Shown in pieces: positions 25,207-31,385 of a DNA stretch of 31,385 nucleotides (positions are counted from its first letter, which is position 1; each line of letters starts with the position of its first letter). The stretch covers positions 1 through 31,385 of IMG/VR virus record IMGVR_UViG_3300031857_017116; one strand, given 5' to 3'. The stretch comes from a virus (taxonomy: Duplodnaviria > Caudoviricetes). The translations under genes and the position numbers were made by a program. A model generated the notes under the pieces. The model was not told the DNA's origin. It did not search any database and was given only the letters and a program-made list of their open reading frames with translations.

Positions 25207-26133
25207 ATGGCTATCATTCAGGACATCCGCGACCAACTGCTTTCCATGTGCGGGCTGGAGGACGTGTCACACGGCCCTCCTAACCTGGAAGATCGAATTA
25301 TCCAGGACATCAACCGCGCTTTAGAAGCAGTGGGGGAGTCAAACCCGAACTGCTTCTACCAAGTCCGGCCAGATCAGGCCGAGGTTGTCAGGCCGCCGAC
25401 CGCCGTTTCCGTGACGGTGGCGCAGTATTCCAAGGCCATCACCTTCAATTCCGGCTACGTCTCCTCATGGATGCCCGGCAACGCCATCATCATTTCTGGT
25501 GACGGCGTGATGAACCGCATAGAGGACGAGGCCAGCCCATCGGCCCCGGCTCTGGCCGAGCCCTACATGGGGGCCTCTGGCACCTACACGGCCACGGTTT
25601 ACAATGACTGGATCATGCTGCCCGCCAACGTGCGGCAGATCATGGACCCGGTGAGCCTGGACAAATCTACGATCCTGATTCCAGCCCAGTCCGCCGCAGA
25701 CCTCAACCTGCGACTCATGGACTACAACAAGAACTACGACCGCCGATATGCCGCGTTCGTGATGGCCTTGCAGAAAAGCGTGCTGGAGCCCACCCGCTAC
25801 TGGCCTTACGCGCAAATGGTCATCGGCACGCTTCGGGCCGGGATCATGCTGGATTCCCTGCCTTCCGCCGCCAGAAAGCTCGTCTATGACGCCCGCAAGT
25901 TGGTATTTGCGCCTGTCACCACGCTTTCCGACACCCGGACAACCCTTATGCCCCAGGGCAAGGATACGGAAATCCTGCTGCCCGTGGCCCGCTGGTTCTT
26001 CTCCTCCTATCAGATGTGCTCCATCCCCAAGACCGAGTTGGAGCCTGAATACGCCCTAGCCATGCAGAAGGCCCGCGAGCTTTCCGTGTTTGGCAACCGC
26101 GCCAAGCGTTACTGCTACAACCCGAACCGATGA
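25207..26133 (+). CDS. Head-tail adaptor / tail tubular protein A-like
   Basis: N-terminal helix IIQDINRALEAV, WIMLPANVRQI, EPTRYW, LDSLPS and C-terminal helices. Precedes the large tail protein. Confidence 0.6.
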   Translation: MAIIQDIRDQLLSMCGLEDVSHGPPNLEDRIIQDINRALEAVGESNPNCFYQVRPDQAEVVRPPTAVSVTVAQYSKAITFNSGYVSSWMPGNAIIISGDGVMNRIEDEASPSAPALAEPYMGASGTYTATVYNDWIMLPANVRQIMDPVSLDKSTILIPAQSAADLNLRLMDYNKNYDRRYAAFVMALQKSVLEPTRYWPYAQMVIGTLRAGIMLDSLPSAARKLVYDARKLVFAPVTTLSDTRTTLMPQGKDTEILLPVARWFFSSYQMCSIPKTELEPEYALAMQKARELSVFGNRAKRYCYNPNR

Positions 26134-29117
26134 ACCAGCTTTACACCATCGACATCCGGGAGTTCGGCACGCTTGCAAGCTCCATTGAAACCACGGACAT
26201 GGGCGGCAAGCTTCAGCGGGCCGTCAACTGCCTGCTGCGCCCAGCCGGGGCCATCAAAGGCATTCCCAAATACACGCGCCTCTGGGCCACGTTCTCCAGC
26301 GAGACGGCCGCCACCAAGATCAGGAGCCTGCCGTTTACTGGCTACCCGTCCGGCGTCGGCGTGGATGGCACAGCTAGGGCCGCCAACAAGACCGTGGCCG
26401 TTCGCGTCTATCGGCAGGGCAAGAACTTCCTGCTGTTCTACGACCTCACCACCAGCAAGGCCCGGGGCCTGTTCTACCTGGGCGATGACGGTTCCTTCAC
26501 CTCTGGCACCTACGATTTCAGCGCCGGAACGCCCACCTGGGAAGTCCTGGCCGTCGGCCTCGACGCCTCGGCCCGCTGGTTTGGCAAGCGCACGGCGACC
26601 CAGCTCATGCTCTCCAACAACAACAACGTGGACACGCCCGTGTGTGTCCAGCTAGGCCGGACGGCCACGCCCGGCAAGTGGCGGCAGGCAGGGAGCAACG
26701 TCAAGCCAGCCACGCCGGTCATTTCCAAGGCCACGCCCGCCGGCACTAGCAACGTCCAGGCCCGCTGGCAGCTTCCAGGCTCGGCCGGGGCCACGTCCTT
26801 CAAGTTCTACGCAGTGCCAGCCACGGACTACTGCTACGCCTACACGACCACGGCCACGACCACGGTTGACGCCTCCTTGAACACATTCGTGGTGTCCGGC
26901 TTTGTGCCAAGCGAAGGCATGGCCGTGCTGGTGGTGGCGACTTCGATCCCGACTGGCCTCACCAACAACACGGTCTATTACTGCAAGAACGTCTCTGGCA
27001 CCACTGTCAGCCTCTCGGCCACGGCAGGCGGGGCGGCCATCGACATCACCACGGCAGGCTCCGGCGTGGTGTTCTACCAGCTCTACGGCCACGGATACAG
27101 CGACAACCAAGCCCTCACGCTCACGACCTCCGGCACGCTGCCAAGCCCGCTTGCCACGGCCACGACGTATTACATGCGGGACGTGGGCACGAACGTCTAT
27201 TTCTTCAAACTGGCCTCGACGGCTGGCGGCACGGCCATCAACATCACGACCACAGGCAGCGGCACGCACAACATTGTGCCGACAGGGGCGGCCGTCCGGG
27301 CAGGCACAGCCACGCTGACTTTCACGGCGGATTCCACCAACTACCCAGGAGCCAATGGCAATTCCAGGATTCAAGTGGTGATCCAGAACAGCGCCTACGC
27401 CACGTCCATTTCCTCCAGTATGACCGGGGCCGGGACGACTAGCAACCCCTACCTTTACACGATCATCACAGGCAGCAGTGCGGCCACAAACAGCACGGAT
27501 GCGATTGTTGCGTTTGTGAATGCCGACACCCGGGCCTTTGGCATCCTTTCGGCCAGCAAATCGGCCGCCGACGCCACAGCCGACACCGGCAGCTACGGCC
27601 CGACCTTCCTTTCCGGCGGCATCGGCTCCGGCACGTCTGAGGGCCTGACAAGCCAGACATGCACCGTTTACCTGCGCTACTTCGACTCTGGAAGCGAACG
27701 ACTTGGCTACGAGGGGATCAGCTCGGACATCTCCAACACCATCATTCTGGACGAGTCGACCCGTTCGGACATCCTTGTTACCATCACGCCAGACCCGGCG
27801 GCCGAGGGCGGGCGGTTTGACCTCATCCGGGTTTACTTCCAGTTCGGCGAAGGCTCGGCGGCCATCTGGAACTACGTCGGCGAGGTTGCCAACACCTCCG
27901 GCACCAAGACGCTGCAAGTCGGCACGAACACCGAGATCGGCGCGGCCATGGCCGTGGATCAGAACCGGCCGCTGCCCTACCGTGATTGCGTGATGGTGGG
28001 CAGCCAAGTCTGGTATGGGGGCGGCTCTGACAACCCTGACCTGCTCTATGTCTCCAAGTCCGCCGTGGACGACGAGATTGCGCCCGAGGGGGCAAATGCC
28101 GAGTCGCCGGAGCTAATCAGCATGGCCCGGCAGACTTCCAGGCTCAAGGTGACGGCTCTCTATACGGACGATTACCGACTGCATGTCCACACCAACAACG
28201 GCGTCATTCTGCTGAACCCCAGCGATCCGACAGCAGACAAGCACATCCCCCAGGTGACAGTGGGCGCTCTCAACCCGGCCTGCATCACCGAATACGAAAA
28301 CAGCCGCATCTTCTTCCTTGGCTCAGACCTGCAAATCTATGAGTTCAGCGGAGCCCGCTACGGCCGCCGGAATATTGCGGCAGCTTCAAAGGACTCTATT
28401 GAGTATTTGCTAGACATCGCCAACGTGGACAAGATCGGCCAGCAGCCAGACCGCGTGAATACATGGGTTGACCTTCGTTCGGAACTCTACTGGTTTTCTT
28501 TTCCAGGCCAAGATAACACGTTGACGAGCTTTGCTTACGATTTCCAGAATAATGGCGTTGTAGGATACTTCGACTATCCAAAGGCCTATGCGGTCGCCAA
28601 AATGGAGCCGGAGCGCCCTGAAACCGTTTTCTGTGACGAGGACGGCAACCTGTTTTTCATGGACAGCCGCGAACAGAATGACAGTGGCGATACACTTGAT
28701 ACCTCATTGGCCTACACGCCGCACGCTATCACCGATCCAATTCCTGTCAGCATGGCCGGTTACGGCTACGTTGACCGTGGCGGCTACCGTTACTATCAGG
28801 CCGTGCAATCGGTGATCGAAACAGGCTTCATCGACCTGGGCAAGGTGACGCAGTTCAAGCAGTTTGGCGGTCTGTTGTTTTCCACAGTGAAAAACAGCCG
28901 CGCCTTTATGGACATCACTTTTGCCAACAAGTCAGGATTTGAGGTAACGCGCACACTTTCAGACATTTACAGCACAAGCACGCAGCAACTTCGCAAAATC
29001 CTTGCTCAACTTGGAGGGGAAGCCGTTAAGGTGAAGTTCACTATTGTTGCAGCAGAGCAAAGCCCCTGGATCATCCGCAACATGAGCCTGCTATACCGTT
29101 CTGTCGGCCAACTCTAA
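26130..29117 (+). CDS. Tail tubular protein B / stabilisation (nozzle, beta-propeller)-like protein with inserted S/T-rich domains
   Basis: 995 aa. N-terminal AVNCLLRPAGAIKGIP; propeller-like segments LLYVSKS, VGALNPACI..IFFLGSD..IYEFSG, FAYDFQ; C-terminal IETGFIDLG..KQF. Confidence 0.65.
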   Translation: MNQLYTIDIREFGTLASSIETTDMGGKLQRAVNCLLRPAGAIKGIPKYTRLWATFSSETAATKIRSLPFTGYPSGVGVDGTARAANKTVAVRVYRQGKNFLLFYDLTTSKARGLFYLGDDGSFTSGTYDFSAGTPTWEVLAVGLDASARWFGKRTATQLMLSNNNNVDTPVCVQLGRTATPGKWRQAGSNVKPATPVISKATPAGTSNVQARWQLPGSAGATSFKFYAVPATDYCYAYTTTATTTVDASLNTFVVSGFVPSEGMAVLVVATSIPTGLTNNTVYYCKNVSGTTVSLSATAGGAAIDITTAGSGVVFYQLYGHGYSDNQALTLTTSGTLPSPLATATTYYMRDVGTNVYFFKLASTAGGTAINITTTGSGTHNIVPTGAAVRAGTATLTFTADSTNYPGANGNSRIQVVIQNSAYATSISSSMTGAGTTSNPYLYTIITGSSAATNSTDAIVAFVNADTRAFGILSASKSAADATADTGSYGPTFLSGGIGSGTSEGLTSQTCTVYLRYFDSGSERLGYEGISSDISNTIILDESTRSDILVTITPDPAAEGGRFDLIRVYFQFGEGSAAIWNYVGEVANTSGTKTLQVGTNTEIGAAMAVDQNRPLPYRDCVMVGSQVWYGGGSDNPDLLYVSKSAVDDEIAPEGANAESPELISMARQTSRLKVTALYTDDYRLHVHTNNGVILLNPSDPTADKHIPQVTVGALNPACITEYENSRIFFLGSDLQIYEFSGARYGRRNIAAASKDSIEYLLDIANVDKIGQQPDRVNTWVDLRSELYWFSFPGQDNTLTSFAYDFQNNGVVGYFDYPKAYAVAKMEPERPETVFCDEDGNLFFMDSREQNDSGDTLDTSLAYTPHAITDPIPVSMAGYGYVDRGGYRYYQAVQSVIETGFIDLGKVTQFKQFGGLLFSTVKNSRAFMDITFANKSGFEVTRTLSDIYSTSTQQLRKILAQLGGEAVKVKFTIVAAEQSPWIIRNMSLLYRSVGQL
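26900..27270 (+). repeat. Two ~55-60 aa internal repeats in the tail protein
   Basis: IPTGLTNNTVYYCKNVSGTTVSLSATAGGAAIDITTAGSG / LPSPLATATTYYMRDVGTNVYFFKLASTAGGTAINITTTGSG. Confidence 0.75.
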
Positions 29118-29128
29118 GCATCACAGCA

Positions 29129-29410
29129 ATGCCCATTCAAGACGCCATCAAAAAGGCCAGGCGCATGGCCCGCAAGACCGCCCCAGAAGGCAGTCTTATG
29201 CGTGACATCTACGAAACAAACCGGGACATCCGCCGCCACTTGAAAGGCATTGCAGGCGAGGTCAGCCTGGAAGAGATGATGCACACCAAGAAACGCCTGC
29301 GAAAGGAAATGCGCGACGAGGAACGCAAAGAAGAAGAGTCAGCCCGCAAGCAGGCCAACCCACGGCAGCTTTCCCCGATCCACGCCAAGCCCATGCCCGG
29401 CTGGGCCTAG
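29129..29410 (+). CDS. Hypothetical charged protein (93 aa)
   Basis: Last + strand ORF; its stop overlaps the stop of the convergent gene (CTAG). Confidence 0.65.
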   Translation: MPIQDAIKKARRMARKTAPEGSLMRDIYETNRDIRRHLKGIAGEVSLEEMMHTKKRLRKEMRDEERKEEESARKQANPRQLSPIHAKPMPGWA

Positions 29411-29622
29411 CCTACGCCCATTTTAAACCAAGGGCGGATCGGCCGCCCGCAACCAAAGCAAAATCCTCGCTCGTATCCGCGGCCTCCACAAAGTTTGCAC
29501 TTACTTATCAAACCTTGCAATTCAATAGGCTTAGACGACACCAAGCCGGTTAAATACGTTGGATGCAAAACAGCCGCCGCAGCGCGGTTTATAGGCCGAC
29601 AATGCACCGGCAAACATTTCAT
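29407..29622 (-). CDS. Small zinc-ribbon protein
   Basis: CKLCGGRGYERGFCFGCG (two CxxC); ATGA-coupled to the upstream - strand gene. Confidence 0.55.
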   Translation of the reverse strand: MKCLPVHCRPINRAAAAVLHPTYLTGLVSSKPIELQGLISKCKLCGGRGYERGFCFGCGRPIRPWFKMGVG

Positions 29623-29852
29623 GGCGAGTCAGGCTCAGAAGTCAGGCTATCCACAGCCCTCCCAAGCAGGTCGGCCATCTCGGCCTTGATGCCGGCGGCT
29701 GGCAGGCCTTGGCGGCGCTTCACGGCCACGACGGCGGTCATGTAGGACAGAACCTCTTCGGCTTCGGTCAAGGGAACTTTGTTCACAGCGGCGGCGATTT
29801 CATCAAACAGGGCCGTGGCGGGCGTGTTGTCAGGGTCGGGTGTCTCGGGCAT
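29619..29852 (-). CDS. Hypothetical protein (77 aa)
   Basis: Start reassigned to MPETPDPDN; helical, native codon usage. Confidence 0.6.
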   Translation of the reverse strand: MPETPDPDNTPATALFDEIAAAVNKVPLTEAEEVLSYMTAVVAVKRRQGLPAAGIKAEMADLLGRAVDSLTSEPDSP

Positions 29853-30033
29853 GGTCGGTAATGGTATCACGTTCTTCTTGGTCCTGCCACCAAAAACGGC
29901 GGCCTTGTGCCTGCCCGGCCGCCCTGGCCCGCCTGGCCTCGGCCAGCCTGGCCTTGTTGGCCTCGCAGGCGGCAAAGATGGCGGCCAGACCGGACTCGGC
30001 TCGGGTTATGGGGCAGGCGGAGGGCTGGGTCAT
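29830..30033 (-). CDS. Hypothetical protein (67 aa)
   Basis: Start reassigned to MTQPSACP; ATGA overlap with the upstream 41-aa ORF. Confidence 0.55.
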   Translation of the reverse strand: MTQPSACPITRAESGLAAIFAACEANKARLAEARRARAAGQAQGRRFWWQDQEERDTITDHARDTRP

Positions 30034-30155
30034 GGGCCAAGTCTGTAAAACACGTTCAGGCACCCGCCCTCCCTTTCCCACGGCCAGCCTTCCGGCGCAC
30101 GGCCCTGGCGGCAGCATGAGGACAGGCAGGCGGCGATGATGAGGAGGCGGATCAT
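30030..30155 (-). CDS. Small putative lipoprotein (41 aa), below the ORF-track cutoff
   Basis: MIRLLIIAACLSSCCRQGRAPEGWPWEREGGCLNVFYRLGP; lipobox LSSC; ATGA overlaps at both ends. Confidence 0.6.
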   Translation of the reverse strand: MIRLLIIAACLSSCCRQGRAPEGWPWEREGGCLNVFYRLGP

Positions 30156-30559
30156 GGCTGCTTTGTGGCCTGGTAGGCGGCGAGGGCGGTGCGTGCAATA
30201 GCGGCACAATCACCCTCTTCTTTGGTGGGCGGCGACTCATCGCCAGACCAATAAATAGTCGTGTCGGCACTAATCACTTGTTCCAAAGCCTCCGCCAGCC
30301 CGTCAGCGGCGGCGCGGAGCTTGGCGTTTTGAGCCGCCATCTTCTCCACAAGCTCGGGGATGTCGGGCACATGGGTGGGCGTGCCGTCAACGTCCAGGCC
30401 AGCCTTGCGGCAGGTTTCGCGGACGGCTGTGTCAGTGTCGGCCCAATCGTGGTTAAGCTGGGCCTGCCTATGTTCGAACCAGCCCACGATGGCGCGGGCC
30501 AGCCGCATCTCGGCGGCGTTGAGTTCGCCAAAGTGGAGGCGGATTTGATCGTTGGTCAT
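30152..30559 (-). CDS. Hypothetical protein (135 aa)
   Basis: MTNDQIRLHFGELNAAEMR..; coiled coil; C-terminal ARTALAAY motif common in phage accessory genes. Confidence 0.7.
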   Translation of the reverse strand: MTNDQIRLHFGELNAAEMRLARAIVGWFEHRQAQLNHDWADTDTAVRETCRKAGLDVDGTPTHVPDIPELVEKMAAQNAKLRAAADGLAEALEQVISADTTIYWSGDESPPTKEEGDCAAIARTALAAYQATKQP

Positions 30560-30562
30560 GGT

Positions 30563-30829
30563 TTACCAAAGGTTGAGGGTTTTGCCAAAGGATTCTGCGC
30601 GTTGGGCGGCGGTAGAGGACGCAACTCTAAAGCCGCCGATCTCATAAATTGGGAAGTATCCGCCGTTGAGAAAGATAGCATATTCCCTTTGCTCTTCTGG
30701 CGTCAGCGCCTTCTCCGCCTCATGCATGGCGTTGAGGTCGTTGAAGTAGTCGGGCAAACTCCTGGCTTCATGCCATCCGGTCATGCCACACGCTTCCGCG
30801 ATCTTGATTCGTTTTTGTTCCTGGGTCAT
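30563..30829 (-). CDS. Hypothetical protein, phage ABA-sandwich-like
   Basis: IAEACG..LPDYFNDLNAMHEAEKAL..STAAQRAESF pattern. Confidence 0.6.
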   Translation of the reverse strand: MTQEQKRIKIAEACGMTGWHEARSLPDYFNDLNAMHEAEKALTPEEQREYAIFLNGGYFPIYEIGGFRVASSTAAQRAESFGKTLNLW

Positions 30830-31134
30830 GGTTTCAGGAATGGTTTGAGTTTGGAGAGGGCATCCGAAAGGAACAGGCCGTGATTGCCAGAAAGATGATC
30901 TTCTAGCCCCGCAAGTCTCTCATGCGCCCCCCTGATAGCCTCGCGCATGGCTGCGTTCTCCTCCGGCGGAATCCAACCCAAGGCTTTTAGCGCCTGTTTG
31001 GTCGCCTCGTCCTCCGCGCAGGCAATTTTGCGGTGAATCATTCCGGCGATGGCGATGTCCGTCGTGTCGCAGCCGAATTCCCTGGACTCAAGGTTAAAAA
31101 AAGGCGTGACCGTCATTTTGAAAGAATCACTCAC
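30826..31134 (-). CDS. Hypothetical protein (~102 aa)
   Basis: GTG start at 31134 overlaps the upstream TGA (GTGA) and is preceded by GGAGG; contains LKALGWIPPE and ENAAMR motifs. Confidence 0.65.
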   Translation of the reverse strand: MSDSFKMTVTPFFNLESREFGCDTTDIAIAGMIHRKIACAEDEATKQALKALGWIPPEENAAMREAIRGAHERLAGLEDHLSGNHGLFLSDALSKLKPFLKP

Positions 31135-31370
31135 TTCGCCACCTCCTTCCATAGCTCCATCCATTCACGCGCCCTAGGCCAGCTTTCCTTGTGGTTGTCG
31201 AGCGCATCCATATAGAGCACGTCAATGAGCTTGTATGCCTCGGCTAGGCCTGCGCGCATGGCGGCGTTCTCGCGGAACAACTCATTCCGCGCCTCCGCCT
31301 CCTGCCGCCATCGTTCCGCCCATTGATCGGCGGTCCAGTCAGTGTGCTCGGCTATTAGATGGTCACTCAC
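31131..31370 (-). CDS. Hypothetical protein (79 aa)
   Basis: GTG start preceded by AAGGGG; ENAAMR coiled-coil motif. Confidence 0.65.
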   Translation of the reverse strand: MSDHLIAEHTDWTADQWAERWRQEAEARNELFRENAAMRAGLAEAYKLIDVLYMDALDNHKESWPRAREWMELWKEVAK

Positions 31371-31385
31371 TCCGCACCCCCTTTC

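Noticed and set aside
26652-28007. 451-aa minus-strand ORF
   Set aside because: Antisense shadow of the tail protein.
1-31385. tRNA, rRNA, integrase/att site, DGR or stop-codon recoding
   Set aside because: None seen by eye; genes are intact in the standard code with TAA, TAG and TGA all used as stops. tRNAscan and a repeat search would be needed for certainty.

Overview
Fragment of a GC-rich tailed dsDNA phage (or prophage) genome with podovirus-like structural genes. The + strand (1-29410) is a virion and lysis region: a 5'-truncated giant (>3187 aa) polyvalent/internal virion protein, a portal, tail fibre-type genes, a holin-like gene, DUF1353, an intein-interrupted PG-binding/CHAP endolysin, a hexapeptide acetyltransferase, two glycosyltransferase-like genes, a scaffold, an N4-gp56/DUF4043-like major capsid protein, a decoration-like protein, two paralogous wHTH-like proteins and tail tubular A/B-like proteins. 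The giant protein carries InPase, two zincin HExxH, Zn-finger, LPD5/LPD1-like and ADP-ribosyltransferase-like modules. A convergent - strand array of small, translationally coupled accessory genes fills 29407-31385. The most notable observation is a near-consensus sigma70 promoter positioned to make a leaderless mRNA for an ATGA-coupled operon (endolysin, hypothetical, acetyltransferase, GT, GT), where the endolysin's catalytic Cys is the +1 residue of a LAGLIDADG intein. All family assignments come from motif recognition by eye, not database searches. No terminase, integrase, tRNA or CRISPR array was seen.
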